Source: Escherichia coli
GTDB lineage: Bacteria; Pseudomonadota; Gammaproteobacteria; Enterobacterales; Enterobacteriaceae
Assembly (NCBI RefSeq): GCF_003019035.1
Contig: NZ_CP027447.1
Length of the DNA stretch: 64,000 nucleotides
Direction: 5' to 3' (one strand)
The notes under the pieces are model-generated. The model did no database searches. It was not told where the DNA came from and was given only the letters and a program-made list of their open reading frames with translations. This document shows, piece by piece, positions 1 through 11,107 of the stretch (position 1 is its first letter; every line of letters starts with the position of its first letter). A program made the translations under genes and the position numbers.

Positions 1-446
1 GCGCCCATTAACTGCAAATTCAGTAACATCGGTAACCCACTTCTCGTTTGGCCGCGTAGCCTTGAAATCTCTTTGGAGAACATTAGGGGCGGTTTGCCCT
101 ACCTCTCCTCTGTAAGAGCGGTATCGCTTGACCTTAATCGCTGCTTTAAGTGAGAGGGTTCCCATCAGGCGCTGAACAGCTTTATGGTTAATCTGTTTCC
201 CTTCTCGATGAAGAGACAGCGTTACCCTACGGTATCCGTATCGGCCTCTATTCTCATGATAAATCTCACCAATACGCTTTTTAACGTCCGCATACTTGTC
301 AGGCTTGCTGAGCCTTTAGATGGTAATAAAACGTACTGCGCGGTATCTCCGCAGCCCTGAGAAGCTCATCAAGAGGATAAAACTGCCTTAGCTCGTTGAG
401 TACTTTCACTTTTTCGTGGGATGAACTAAGGCTTTCAGCTTTTTTA
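1..446 (-). CDS. insK: IS150 transposase OrfB (InsK), N-terminal part only; expressed as an OrfAB fusion by -1 frameshifting; truncated by window edge
   Basis: Open frame in the -1 frame relative to insJ downstream of the slippery heptamer; no ATG of its own, as expected for IS3-family OrfB. Confidence 0.6.
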
Positions 447-927
447 GATACATAAGCCGCGTTTCAAGAAATCGAACTTGCCTTTCAAGATCCTCAATGC
501 GTCGGTCTTTTGACAGCTCCAATGCTGATGCCGCTTTTTCTGGATCAACTGATATTGCAATGTTTCTTTTGGTGCCAATCTTGAGCGCGCGTAAACCAGC
601 TTCTCCGCGCTCTTCATAGACCTTCAGCCACCTGGCTACAGAACCACTACCAGCAAGCATAAAGTGAGCAGCAGCCTGATTAAGGGACATGTGCTGCTCG
701 ATCACAGCTTTCACGACCTTAATACGCAATTCTGGATCAGCACTAACGCCTTTAGGTTTGGGAATTAAACCTTTTTCTCCATGTTTTTCATAGAGGGCAA
801 CCCATGTCCTGACCTGGGTTCGGGGGACACCAAAACGTGCCGAGATGATCCTGTAACCATCATCAGTTGTGAAGTAGTGATTCACGACTTCAAGGCGCTT
901 TTCAAAAGGGTATTTTGGCTTTGACAT
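406..927 (-). CDS. insJ: IS150 transposase OrfA (InsJ), HTH DNA-binding subunit
   Basis: 173-aa ORF MSKPKYPFEKRLEVVNHYF... recognised as IS150 InsJ. Confidence 0.9.
   Translation of the reverse strand: MSKPKYPFEKRLEVVNHYFTTDDGYRIISARFGVPRTQVRTWVALYEKHGEKGLIPKPKGVSADPELRIKVVKAVIEQHMSLNQAAAHFMLAGSGSVARWLKVYEERGEAGLRALKIGTKRNIAISVDPEKAASALELSKDRRIEDLERQVRFLETRLMYLKKLKALVHPTKK
439..445 (-). other. A-AAA-AAG slippery heptamer, programmed -1 ribosomal frameshift site of IS150 orfA/orfB
   Basis: Plus strand CTTTTTT at 439-445 is AAAAAAG on the coding strand, about 10 codons before the insJ stop. Confidence 0.6.
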
Positions 928-1188
928 ATTAGGGGCTATTCCATTTCATCGTCCAACAAAATGGGTGCAGTACACACTTTGATTTATAGTCAGGTGGGGC
1001 TTTTCTCTGTCTGCCTTTCGGTGAATACCTGAGACAAACAGTCTCAAGCACCCGTGGCTATTCTGGCTTAATAAGTTCGTTTCTTCTCCTTGATATAATC
1101 CTAAAAAAATCTCATAAAATTAATATATGAGACAATCTTTATTCAGCAGAAGATTATTAAAGGTTGCTCTATTATTTAGCGATAAAAA

Positions 1189-1212
1189 AGCCTGCCAGAT
1201 GGCAGGCTTTTT
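1189..1212 (-). terminator. Rho-independent terminator hairpin downstream of glyS (GCCTGCCA-GAT-GGCAGGC flanked by A/T runs; bidirectional)
   Basis: Perfect 7-8 bp GC-rich stem with 3-nt loop and flanking T-run, directly 3' of the glyS stop. Confidence 0.7.
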
Positions 1213-1225
1213 AATAACGGCGTTA

Positions 1226-3295
1226 TTACTGTAACAGCGAAATATCCGCAACTCGCAGGAATAATTCGCGCAGTTTCTCCAGCATGGTAAGACGGTTGAT
1301 TCGCAATTCTTTGTCATCAACCATGACCATCACTTTATCGAAGAAGGCATCAACCGGTTCACGCAGCTCAGCCAGTTCGACCAGCGCATCCTGGTAACGA
1401 CCTTCAGCAAAGTACGGCTCTAGCTTGTCACGTAGCACCACAACCTGCATCGCCAGTTTAATTTCTTCCGGCTCTTTCAGAGTAGAGGCATTCACGCGGT
1501 CGCTCAGCACTTCGTCAGATTTCGCCAGAATGTTAGATACACGCTTGTTCGCCGCCGCCAGTGCTGCAGCTGCATCCAGGGTACGGAAGTGCGATACCGC
1601 TTTCATTCGGGCATCGAAATCAGCCGGACGAGTCGGACGACGCGCCAGTACCGCCTGGATGGTGTCAACGGTGTAACCTTCGTCCTGATACCAGGCGCGG
1701 AAGCGACCGAGCATAAAGTCGATAACATCATCAACCACGTTGGCATTAGTCAGCTTATCGCCATACAGACGCACTGCTTCTTCGGTCAGGGTTTGCAGGT
1801 CAAGATTGAGGTTCTTCTCAACGATAATACGCAGCACGCCAAGTGCGGCACGACGCAGCGCAAACGGGTCTTTGTCGCCTTTCGGATGCTGGCCGATACC
1901 GAAGATACCCGCCAGGGTATCCATCTTGTCAGCAATCGCCAGCGCACAGGCTACCGGGTTAGACGGCAGGTCATCACCGGCAAAGCGCGGCTGATACTGC
2001 TCGTTCAGCGCCACGGCAACATCTTCCGCTTCGCCATCGTGACGCGCGTAGTGCATCCCCATAACGCCCTGGGTGTCGGTGAACTCGAAGACCATGTTGG
2101 TCATCAGGTCGCACTTGGACAGCAGGCCCGCACGGGTAGCGTGGTTAACGTCAGCGCCAATCTGTTCAGCAATCCAGCCAGCCAGCGCCTGGATGCGGTC
2201 AGTCTTGTCACGCAGCGTACCCAGCTGTTGCTGGAACAGCACGGTTTGCAGGCGCGGCAGGTTATCTTCCAGACGTTTTTTACGGTCGGTGTTGAAGAAG
2301 AACTCGGCATCCGCCAAACGTGGACGAACGACTTTCTCGTTACCAGAGATAATTTGCTGCGGATCTTTCGATTCGATGTTGGCAACGAAGATAAAGTTCG
2401 GCAGCAGTTTGCCGTCGTTCGCATACACCGGGAAGTACTTCTGGTCACCTTTCATGGTGTAAACCAGTGCTTCAGACGGCACCGCGAGGAATTTCTCTTC
2501 GAATTTCGCGGTCAGAACGACCGGCCACTCCACCAGCGAAGCCACTTCTTCCAGCAGGCTTTCGCTTAAGTCAGCGTTACCGCCAATCTTACGCGCCGCT
2601 TCTTCGGCATCGGCTTTAATCTTCGCCTTACGTTCTTCGTAATCGGCGATGACTTTCCCGCGCTCACGCAGAATTTCCGGATACTGATCAGCATTGTCGA
2701 TAGTGAATTCCGACTCGCCCATAAAGCGGTGGCCGCGAATCACGCGATCGGACTGAATACCCAGAATGGTAGCCGGAATAACTTTGTCGCCCAGCAGCAG
2801 GGTCACGGTGTGAACCGGACGCACGAAGTGCACGTCGCTTGCGCCCCAGCGCATCAGTTTCGGGATCGGCAGTTTCGCCAGCGAAGTCGCAACCATATTC
2901 GGCAGCAGTGCTTCGGTGCTTTCGCCCTTCACGTGGGCGCGATACAGCAGCCATTCGCCTTTATCGGTAGTCAGACGCTCAGCCTGGTCAACGGTAATAC
3001 CGCAACCACGCGCCCAGCCTTCTGCCGCTTTGCTCGGTTTGCCTTCAGCGTCGAACGCCTGGGCAATCGCCGGGCCGCGTTTTTCGATTTCACGATCCGG
3101 TTGCGCTTCCGCCAGGTTACCTACTTTCAGCGCCAGACGACGCGGAGCAGCAAACCATTGAACGGTGCCGTGTGCGAGGCCAGCGTTATCCAGCTCCGCA
3201 GTAAAGTTCGCAGCAAAGGACTCAGCCAGGCTGCGCAGTGCTTTTGGTGGCAGCTCTTCAGTGCCGATTTCCACCAGAAAAGTTTTCTCAGACAT
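1226..3295 (-). CDS. glyS: Glycine--tRNA ligase beta subunit
   Basis: 689-aa [23 protein letters not shown]...; immediately downstream of glyQ on the same strand. Confidence 0.97.
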   Translation of the reverse strand: MSEKTFLVEIGTEELPPKALRSLAESFAANFTAELDNAGLAHGTVQWFAAPRRLALKVGNLAEAQPDREIEKRGPAIAQAFDAEGKPSKAAEGWARGCGITVDQAERLTTDKGEWLLYRAHVKGESTEALLPNMVATSLAKLPIPKLMRWGASDVHFVRPVHTVTLLLGDKVIPATILGIQSDRVIRGHRFMGESEFTIDNADQYPEILRERGKVIADYEERKAKIKADAEEAARKIGGNADLSESLLEEVASLVEWPVVLTAKFEEKFLAVPSEALVYTMKGDQKYFPVYANDGKLLPNFIFVANIESKDPQQIISGNEKVVRPRLADAEFFFNTDRKKRLEDNLPRLQTVLFQQQLGTLRDKTDRIQALAGWIAEQIGADVNHATRAGLLSKCDLMTNMVFEFTDTQGVMGMHYARHDGEAEDVAVALNEQYQPRFAGDDLPSNPVACALAIADKMDTLAGIFGIGQHPKGDKDPFALRRAALGVLRIIVEKNLNLDLQTLTEEAVRLYGDKLTNANVVDDVIDFMLGRFRAWYQDEGYTVDTIQAVLARRPTRPADFDARMKAVSHFRTLDAAAALAAANKRVSNILAKSDEVLSDRVNASTLKEPEEIKLAMQVVVLRDKLEPYFAEGRYQDALVELAELREPVDAFFDKVMVMVDDKELRINRLTMLEKLRELFLRVADISLLQ

Positions 3296-3304
3296 AGCCG
3301 CCTC

Positions 3305-4216
3305 TTACTTATCTTTGTTGCACATCGGGAAGCCGAGGGCTTCACGGGAAGCGTAGTATGCTTCTGCCACTGCTTTGGTCAGGGTGCGAATGCGCAGAAT
3401 ATAGCGCTGACGCTCGGTGACGGAGATGGCTTTACGCGCATCCAGCAGGTTGAAGCTGTGGGCGGCTTTCAGAATACGCTCGTAGGCTGGCAGCGGCAGC
3501 GGATTTTCCAGCGCCAGCAGCTGCTGCGCTTCTTTCTCGTACTGCTCAAAGCAGGTGAACAGGAAGTCCACATCCGCGTATTCGAAGTTGTAAGTGGACT
3601 GCTCCACTTCGTTCTGATGGAACACGTCGCCATAGGTGGTTTTACCCAGCGGGCCGTCGCTCCAGACCAGGTCGTAAACGCTGTCTACGCCCTGAATGTA
3701 CATTGCCAGACGTTCCAGACCGTAGGTGATCTCGCCGGTAACCGGTTTACACTCCAGACCACCAACCTGCTGGAAGTAAGTGAACTGCGTCACTTCCATG
3801 CCGTTCAGCCACACTTCCCAGCCCAGCCCCCAGGCACCCAGCGTCGGGTTTTCCCAGTTATCTTCCACGAAACGGATGTCGTGGATGGTCGGGTCCATGC
3901 CCAGCTCTTTCAGAGAACCAAGGTACAGCTCCTGAATATTGTCCGGCGATGGCTTAATGACCACCTGGAACTGATAGTAGTGCTGTAAACGGTTGGGGTT
4001 TTCGCCGTAGCGACCATCGGTCGGGCGACGAGAAGGCTGAACATAAGCAGCCGCCATCGGTTCTGGCCCCAGCGCGCGCAGACAGGTCATTGGGTGAGAG
4101 GTTCCCGCGCCGACTTCCATGTCCAATGGTTGAACAATGGTGCAGCCCTGGCGAGCCCAGTAATCCTGTAAGGTCAGGATCAAGCCCTGGAAGGTCCTGG
4201 TATCAAACTTTTGCAT
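3305..4216 (-). CDS. glyQ: Glycine--tRNA ligase alpha subunit
   Basis: 303-aa [28 protein letters not shown]...; 9-bp spacing to glyS. Confidence 0.97.
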
Positions 4217-4310
4217 ATTATTTCGTGCTGGATACGTGTGGATTTAAAGGAAGGGATCAGTATACCCGCTGGATGGAAGATATACAGTACGAAACGGGAA
4301 AAAGCAGGGC

Positions 4311-4619
4311 TTAACGCATGGAAAGATGCAAAAAATGGCCATCTGCGTCAAAAGAACAGACAAACTGCTCTTTACGGAAGGTATAACCGCGCATTTCGTA
4401 GCTTCCCTGGAACTGTTCGAAGGCGGTGACGTCGATTTTTTGCTCGCCGGTGTTATAACGTTTTGCCGCCTGATCCTTGCATAACGCTTCCATATTCAAC
4501 GAACGCAGAGGATCAACCTTTACCCGTTGTGCTTTCTGCACGGGTGGCGGTGTAGAACAACCCACTAGCGCCATAAGCACCATAAGCGCCATTGCCGGAA
4601 AGAAAGAGTTCATCATCAT
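4311..4619 (-). CDS. ysaB: Small lipoprotein YsaB (signal peptide with LVGC lipobox)
   Basis: 102-aa ORF MMMNSFFPAMALMVLMALVGCSTPPP...; position downstream of glyQ. Confidence 0.8.
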   Translation of the reverse strand: MMMNSFFPAMALMVLMALVGCSTPPPVQKAQRVKVDPLRSLNMEALCKDQAAKRYNTGEQKIDVTAFEQFQGSYEMRGYTFRKEQFVCSFDADGHFLHLSMR

Positions 4620-4793
4620 TAAATTACCGTCTGGTTTGCAGGTGAGTCTTATTATTTATATCGGTATAGTGGCTGATATCTTACGAATTTCCTTAAGCCT
4701 CTATAAGCTGTAGTGATAAAACTCAGATTATTCCAGTGCGCCAACCGAATGATTTATCGGTCAGACTTTTTTTAACCAGATACAGAGACACAG

Positions 4794-5789
4794 ATGCAGC
4801 CCAAAATTTACTGGATTGATAACCTGCGAGGGATAGCGTGTTTAATGGTGGTGATGATTCACACCACTACCTGGTATGTGACCAATGCTCATAGTGTTAG
4901 CCCCGTCACATGGGATATCGCCAATGTTCTGAATTCTGCCTCTCGTGTCAGCGTGCCGCTATTTTTCATGATTTCCGGCTATCTCTTTTTTGGCGAACGC
5001 AGCGCCCAGCCGCGCCATTTCTTGCGTATCGGCTTATGTCTGCTTTTTTATAGCGCAATCGCACTGCTCTACATTGCGCTGTTTACCTCCATCAATGTAG
5101 AGATAGCGCTTAAAAACCTGCTGCAAAAGCCTGTTTTTTACCACTTATGGTTTTTCTTCGCGATTGCGGTGATTTATCTGGTTTCACCGCTGATTCAGGT
5201 GAAGAACGTCGGCGGTAAAATGTTGCTGGTGCTAATGGTGGTGATTGGCATCATCGCTAATCCAAATACTGTGCCGCAGAAAATCGACGGTTTTGAATGG
5301 CTGCCAATTAACTTATATATCAATGGCGATACTTTTTACTACATCCTGTATGGCATGTTGGGGCGCGCCATTGGCATGATGGACACACAGCATAAGGCAC
5401 TGTCGTGGGTGAGCGCCACACTGTTTGTTGCGGGGGTATTTATTATCTCTCGCGGGACATTATATGAATTGCAGTGGCGCGGAAATTTTGCCGATACCTG
5501 GTATCTTTACTGTGGGCCGATGGTTTTTATCTGCGCAATCACGCTATTGACTCTGGTTAAAAACACGCTGGATACACACACTGTTCCCGGGCTTGGGCTG
5601 ATATCACGCCATTCTTTAGGTATATACGGTTTCCATGCATTGATTATCCATGCGCTGCGTACCCGGGGGATTGAGCTTAAAAACTGGCCAATACTCGATA
5701 TTATTTGGATCTTTTGCGCGACGTTGGCAGCGAGTTTGTTACTTTCTATGCTGGTACAACGAATCGACAGAAACAGACTAGTGAGTTAA
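4794..5789 (+). CDS. wecH: Acyltransferase-3 family integral membrane O-acetyltransferase (WecH/YiaH)
   Basis: 331-aa multi-pass membrane [23 protein letters not shown]... Confidence 0.85.
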   Translation: MQPKIYWIDNLRGIACLMVVMIHTTTWYVTNAHSVSPVTWDIANVLNSASRVSVPLFFMISGYLFFGERSAQPRHFLRIGLCLLFYSAIALLYIALFTSINVEIALKNLLQKPVFYHLWFFFAIAVIYLVSPLIQVKNVGGKMLLVLMVVIGIIANPNTVPQKIDGFEWLPINLYINGDTFYYILYGMLGRAIGMMDTQHKALSWVSATLFVAGVFIISRGTLYELQWRGNFADTWYLYCGPMVFICAITLLTLVKNTLDTHTVPGLGLISRHSLGIYGFHALIIHALRTRGIELKNWPILDIIWIFCATLAASLLLSMLVQRIDRNRLVS

Positions 5790-5830
5790 ATAAAAGCCCG
5801 GTCACATTGGACTGACCGGGCTTATGTGAA

Positions 5831-6271
5831 TTACTCGCTGTATTCTTCCTGGGTAACCTGTGTTTCTTTTGGTGGGTTTATTCCGGCATCACGAATATTC
5901 TTCTGCACCGCTACTGCACCAAACAAGCTTAAGAAGAAAGCCAGTCCATAAAAACCTTTCTCGCTGAGTAATAACGTCGCATTCCACAGACCTACCATCA
6001 GTAACGCAACAGAGATAATAAAGACAGTCAGGCAGGTCATATAATAAATGGAGGTGGTCGGTATGCCTTCATACTTGTCCCGAACGGTCTTTTGATAAGA
6101 CGCCGCAGAAAACAGTCCTAATACCAGTACGGCAAAATAATATCCTTTTTCATTTAACTGCATCTCTGCATTCCATAGCCCTAACAGATAGGTAACGATA
6201 CCACCAACGAGAGCTATCCATGACACAATACTAAAGGCCGGTGAATAGGTTGATATTTTGTTGTCCATCAC
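5831..6271 (-). CDS. yiaA: Inner membrane protein YiaA (YiaA/YiaB family)
   Basis: 146-aa hydrophobic ORF, paralogous to the adjacent yiaB. Confidence 0.8.
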
Positions 6272-6313
6272 AGTATTCCTTTCATTCCTGAATGTGTAAG
6301 AGGTTTATGTTGC

Positions 6314-6655
6314 TCATGCCGAGCGAAACAAACGCATTTGACCAAACAAGCAGACAAAAAAGGCGATGGGATAAATCACCATTTCATAAGCATTGATAGG
6401 TGCGTTTAAAACACCGATAAACAAGAGACCGATAGTGATTAACGCCAGCAACTGGCAGACGCGGATAAAAAAATCATCCAGTTGCCCGAGTTTTTCTGCG
6501 CGAAGATATGCATAATTGCCAAAAGTTGCTGTCATTAACACGCCAAGAAAATAGCCTTTGCCACTTAACAATGGGCATGATATCCATAGCCCAACCAGAT
6601 AAACCAGCACCCCGACAACAAATAATAGTTTTGCCACAGTCTTTGAGGTTTTCAT
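6314..6655 (-). CDS. yiaB: Inner membrane protein YiaB (YiaA/YiaB family); start placed at internal ATG (MKTSKTVAKLL...)
   Basis: ORF-track frame 6314-6697; known protein begins at the ATG at 6653-6655. Confidence 0.8.
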   Translation of the reverse strand: MKTSKTVAKLLFVVGVLVYLVGLWISCPLLSGKGYFLGVLMTATFGNYAYLRAEKLGQLDDFFIRVCQLLALITIGLLFIGVLNAPINAYEMVIYPIAFFVCLFGQMRLFRSA

Positions 6656-6823
6656 AACGATCTCCATATCTACCAGCGATACATTACGAGTAACCAACGA
6701 AAGACAAAACTGAAAAATGCCATTAACAAATGATTTTCAGAATAAATTCATACTAAATATTAATTAATTACTGAGATATATAGATGTGAATTATCCCCCA
6801 CCCGGTCAGGCAGGGGATAACGT

Positions 6824-8278
6824 TTACGCCATTAATGGCAGAAGTTGCTGATAGAGGCGACGGAACGTTTCTCGTCGTGGCTGATAAGCGGCATAACGCT
6901 GCGCATCTGGTAGATGCGACTGTTCTAACGGTAGTTGTGGCAACAACTCAATGAGCGATTTCTCTGGATTCGCCGCAATCTGCGCCAGCCTTGCTGCGCC
7001 CAGTGCTGGCCCCACATCTCCCCCTGTGCGGTAATCGAGCTGCTGACCGCTGATGTCCGCCAGCATTTGACGCCAGTACTCACTACGCGCCCCGCCACCA
7101 ATCAACGTAACACTTTGCGGTTTAATGCCGCAGGCATGCACGACATCCATGCCATCTGCCAGTGCGTAACCCACGCCTTCCAGCACTGCTCGCGCCAGTT
7201 CATTGGGGCCATGTTGATGAGTCAAACCAAAGAAAACCCCTTTCGCCTGGGGATTATTGTGTGGTGTACGCTCGCCGGAAAGATAAGGCAGAAACCAAAC
7301 TGGCTCGGCACTTTCATCAGCCTGTTGAGCAGCCGCGATTAAAGCTGGAACATTGCTCAGACCGGTTAATTTTGCGGCCCAATCCAGGCAAGAAGCCGCA
7401 CTCAGCATCACAGACATTAAATGCCAACGCTGCGGGAGCGCATGGCAAAAGCTGTGTACGGCGCTTTCTGGCTTGCTTAAGAATCCTTCGCTGACAGCAA
7501 AATAGACCCCCGACGTCCCCAGCGATAACATTGCCTGATTAGCATCAACCATTCCCACACCAATCGCACCAGCTGCATTATCGCCACCGCCTGCGACAAC
7601 AGGCACCGCCGCCATACCCCACGCTTTCGCAACTTCAGGTAGCAAAGCACCAGTAATTTCGCTGCCTTCGTATAATGCGGGCATCTGGTCACGAGATAAG
7701 TGGCAAGCCTGCAGCATGAGATCGCTCCAGTCACGCTTTGCGACATCCAGCCACATAGTGCCAGCTGCGTCAGACATATCGCTGGCAAACTCCCCCGTCA
7801 TACGCAGACGCAAGTAATCTTTCGGTAATAATACTTTATCGATTTGACGGAATATCTCCGGCTCATGCCGCTGAACCCATAGCAATTTAGGCGCAGTAAA
7901 TCCGGGCATCATCAGGTTACCGGTAATCACCCGTGATTGCGGAACTCGCGCTTCCAGCAAAGTGCACTCTTGCGCACAGCGCCCGTCGTTCCACAAAATG
8001 GCAGGGCGTAATACCCGTTGCTGAGCATCCAGTAAGGTTGCACCGTGCATCTGTCCGGCAATACCTAATGCTTTAACGTCTTGCAGAGAATGCTGAACGC
8101 CCAGAGCTTTCATTGCGCGATCAGTTGCCTGCCACCACTGTTCCGGGTCTTGTTCCGACCAGAGTGGATGCGGGCGCGAAACGGTCAGCTTTTCCGTTTG
8201 CGCAGCAACCACCTCACCCTGCTCGTTGAGCAAAATAACTTTTACGCCCGAGGTGCCAAGATCTATCCCGATATACAT
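6824..8278 (-). CDS. xylB: Xylulokinase
   Basis: 484-aa ORF MYIGIDLGTSGVKVILLNEQGEVV...; FGGY kinase; downstream of xylA. Confidence 0.95.
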   Translation of the reverse strand: MYIGIDLGTSGVKVILLNEQGEVVAAQTEKLTVSRPHPLWSEQDPEQWWQATDRAMKALGVQHSLQDVKALGIAGQMHGATLLDAQQRVLRPAILWNDGRCAQECTLLEARVPQSRVITGNLMMPGFTAPKLLWVQRHEPEIFRQIDKVLLPKDYLRLRMTGEFASDMSDAAGTMWLDVAKRDWSDLMLQACHLSRDQMPALYEGSEITGALLPEVAKAWGMAAVPVVAGGGDNAAGAIGVGMVDANQAMLSLGTSGVYFAVSEGFLSKPESAVHSFCHALPQRWHLMSVMLSAASCLDWAAKLTGLSNVPALIAAAQQADESAEPVWFLPYLSGERTPHNNPQAKGVFFGLTHQHGPNELARAVLEGVGYALADGMDVVHACGIKPQSVTLIGGGARSEYWRQMLADISGQQLDYRTGGDVGPALGAARLAQIAANPEKSLIELLPQLPLEQSHLPDAQRYAAYQPRRETFRRLYQQLLPLMA

Positions 8279-8349
8279 ATCGATCGTTCCTTAAAAAAAT
8301 GCCCGGTATCGCTACCGATAACCGGGCCAACGGACTGCACAGTTAGCCG

Positions 8350-9672
8350 TTATTTGTCGAACAGATAATGATTTACCAGATTTTCCAGTTGCTCCTGGCG
8401 ACCACTCTGATGCACCGGAGACAAATTATGTTCCTGAGCATATTTGGCTAAATCTGCCAGTGACATTTGGCCTTTCAGGATTTGCTGGCCTAATTCGCTA
8501 TTCCAGCCGGAATAACGCTGCGCGATGCGTTTATCCAGCTCGCCATCTTCAATCATGCGCGCTGCAATTTTCAGCGCCAACGCCATCGTATCCATCGCGC
8601 CAATATGACCGTAAAACAGATCATATTTATCAGTACTTTGACGACGTACTTTGGCATCGAAGTTCAGACCACCGGTGGTGAAACCGCCTGCTTTGAGAAT
8701 TTCATACATCACCAGCGCATTCTCTTCCACACTGTTCGGGAACTGGTCGGTGTCCCAGCCCAGTTGCGCATCGCCACGGTTGGCGTCGACAGAACCGAAC
8801 AGGCCAAGCGCAATGGCGGTGGCTATTTCATGATGGAAAGAGTGACCTGCCAGCGTCGCGTGGTTAGCTTCAATATTCAGTTTAATCTCTTTTTCCAGAC
8901 CAAACTGTTTCAGGAAGCCATAGACCGTCGCAGCATCGTAATCATATTGATGTTTGGTCGGTTCTTGCGGTTTCGGTTCGATAAGCAACGTGCCCTGGAA
9001 ACCGATTTTATGTTTATGCTCAACCACCATCTGCATAAAGCGGCCCAGCTGTTCACGCTCCTGGCGCAAGTCGGTATTTAACAGCGTTTCGTAACCTTCA
9101 CGACCACCCCACAGGACATAGTTTTCACCGCCCAATTTATGGGTTGCTTCCATCGCTGTAACAACTTGCGTTGCCGCCCAACTGAAGACTTCAGGATCTG
9201 GGTTCGTCGCCGCACCCGCGCCATAGCGAGGGTTTGTAAAGCAGTTAGCAGTTCCCCACAGCAGCTTCACGCCGCTCTCTTCTTGCTTGCCTGCCAGGAC
9301 ATCAACCATTTGCGCAAAATTATTGATGTACTCTTTTAACGACGCGCCCTCAGGGGAAACATCTACATCGTGGAAGCAATAAAATGGCACATGTAACTTG
9401 TGGAAAAACTCAAATGCGACATCTGCTTTACGCTTCGCCAACGCCAGTGCCTCACCAGGCTGCTGCCACGGACGATTAAACGCCCCCACACCAAACATAT
9501 CCGCCCCGTTCCAGCAGAAGGTGTGCCAGTAGCAGGCGGCAAAACGCAAATGCTCTTCCATACGCTTGCCCAACACCAGTTCGTCGGGATTGTAGTGACG
9601 GAATGCTAACGGGTTTGAGGATTTTGAGCCTTCATAACGAACGCGATCGAGCTGGTCAAAATAGGCTTGCAT
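8350..9672 (-). CDS. xylA: Xylose isomerase; start at internal ATG ([15 protein letters not shown]...)
   Basis: ORF 8350-9684; canonical XylA N-terminus begins at the ATG at 9670-9672. Confidence 0.97.
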
Positions 9673-10037
9673 ATTGAACTCCATAATCAGGTAATGCCGC
9701 GGGTGATGGATGATGTCGTAATATTGGGCACTCCCTTTCAGTTGCTCAATTATGTTATTTCACACTGCTATTGAGATAATTCACAAGTGTGCGCTCGCTC
9801 GCAAAATAAAATGGAATGATGAAACTGGGTAATTCCTCGAAGAGAAAAATGCAATAAGTACAATTTCGCAACAAAAGTAAGATCTCTGTCATAAATCAAG
9901 AAATAAACCAAATATCGTAATCGAAAGATAAAAATCTGTAATTGTTTTCCCCTGTTTAGTTGCTAAAAATTGGTTACGTTTATCGCGGTGATTGTTACTT
10001 ATTAAAGCTGTCCTCTAACTACAGAAGGCCCTACACA
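9673..10037. promoter_or_regulatory. Divergent xylAB / xylFGH promoter region (expected XylR and CRP binding sites)
   Basis: 365-bp AT-rich intergenic region between divergently transcribed xylA and xylF; individual sites not resolved here. Confidence 0.55.
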
Positions 10038-11030
10038 ATGAAAATAAAGAACATTCTACTCACCCTTTGCACCTCACTTCTGCTTACCAACGTTGCGGCT
10101 CACGCCAAAGAAGTCAAAATAGGTATGGCGATTGATGATCTCCGTCTTGAACGCTGGCAAAAAGATCGAGATATTTTTGTGAAAAAGGCAGAATCTCTCG
10201 GCGCGAAAGTATTTGTACAGTCTGCAAATGGCAATGAAGAAACACAAATGTCGCAGATTGAAAACATGATTAACCGGGGCGTCGATGTTCTTGTCATTAT
10301 TCCGTATAACGGTCAGGTATTAAGTAACGTTGTAAAAGAAGCCAAACAAGAAGGTATTAAAGTATTAGCTTACGACCGTATGATTAACGATGCGGATATC
10401 GATTTTTATATTTCTTTCGATAACGAAAAAGTCGGTGAACTGCAGGCAAAAGCCCTGGTCGATATTGTTCCGCAAGGTAATTACTTCCTGATGGGCGGCT
10501 CGCCGGTAGATAACAACGCTAAGCTGTTCCGCGCCGGGCAAATGAAAGTATTAAAACCTTATGTTGATTCCGGAAAAATTAAAGTCGTTGGTGACCAATG
10601 GGTTGATGGCTGGTTACCGGAAAACGCATTGAAAATTATGGAAAACGCGCTAACCGCCAATAATAACAAAATTGATGCTGTAGTTGCCTCAAACGATGCC
10701 ACCGCAGGTGGGGCAATTCAGGCATTAAGCGCGCAAGGTTTATCAGGGAAAGTAGCAATTTCCGGCCAGGATGCGGATCTCGCAGGTATTAAACGTATTG
10801 CTGCCGGTACGCAAACTATGACGGTGTATAAACCTATTACATTGTTGGCAAATACTGCCGCAGAAATTGCCGTTGAGTTGGGCAATGGTCAGGAGCCAAA
10901 AGCGGATACCACACTGAATAATGGCCTGAAAGATGTTCCCTCCCGCCTGCTGACACCGATCGATGTGAATAAAAACAACATCAAAGATACGGTAGTTAAA
11001 GACGGATTCCACAAAGAGAGCGAGCTGTAA
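10038..11030 (+). CDS. xylF: D-xylose ABC transporter periplasmic binding protein; start at internal ATG (MKIKNILLTL...)
   Basis: ORF 9960-11030; signal peptide starts at the ATG at 10038. Confidence 0.95.
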   Translation: MKIKNILLTLCTSLLLTNVAAHAKEVKIGMAIDDLRLERWQKDRDIFVKKAESLGAKVFVQSANGNEETQMSQIENMINRGVDVLVIIPYNGQVLSNVVKEAKQEGIKVLAYDRMINDADIDFYISFDNEKVGELQAKALVDIVPQGNYFLMGGSPVDNNAKLFRAGQMKVLKPYVDSGKIKVVGDQWVDGWLPENALKIMENALTANNNKIDAVVASNDATAGGAIQALSAQGLSGKVAISGQDADLAGIKRIAAGTQTMTVYKPITLLANTAAEIAVELGNGQEPKADTTLNNGLKDVPSRLLTPIDVNKNNIKDTVVKDGFHKESEL

Positions 11031-11107
11031 GCGTTACGCCCCGGCGCGGAGCGGGGGCGTGATTTCTCTCCATGCCGCGTGAATGAATTGGCTTAGGTGG
11101 AGTCGTT

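Larger units (their letters stand above)
1..974 (-). mobile_element. IS150: IS150 (IS3 family) partial copy; terminal inverted repeat TGTACTGCACCCATTTTGTTGGACG (read on the minus strand) ends at 974; element continues beyond the window start
   Basis: insJ ORF plus downstream -1 frame; reverse complement of 940-974 matches the IS150 terminal repeat from memory. Confidence 0.85.

Noticed and set aside
1127-1237. 36-aa plus-strand ORF that could be a small toxin (a hok-type gene might be expected near IS150/glyS)
   Set aside because: It runs through the glyS terminator hairpin, lacks a Hok-like sequence, and has no convincing ribosome-binding site
1589-3988. Long plus-strand ORFs (326 aa and 419 aa) inside glyS/glyQ
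   Set aside because: Antisense to the strongly supported glyS and glyQ genes; no recognisable protein features
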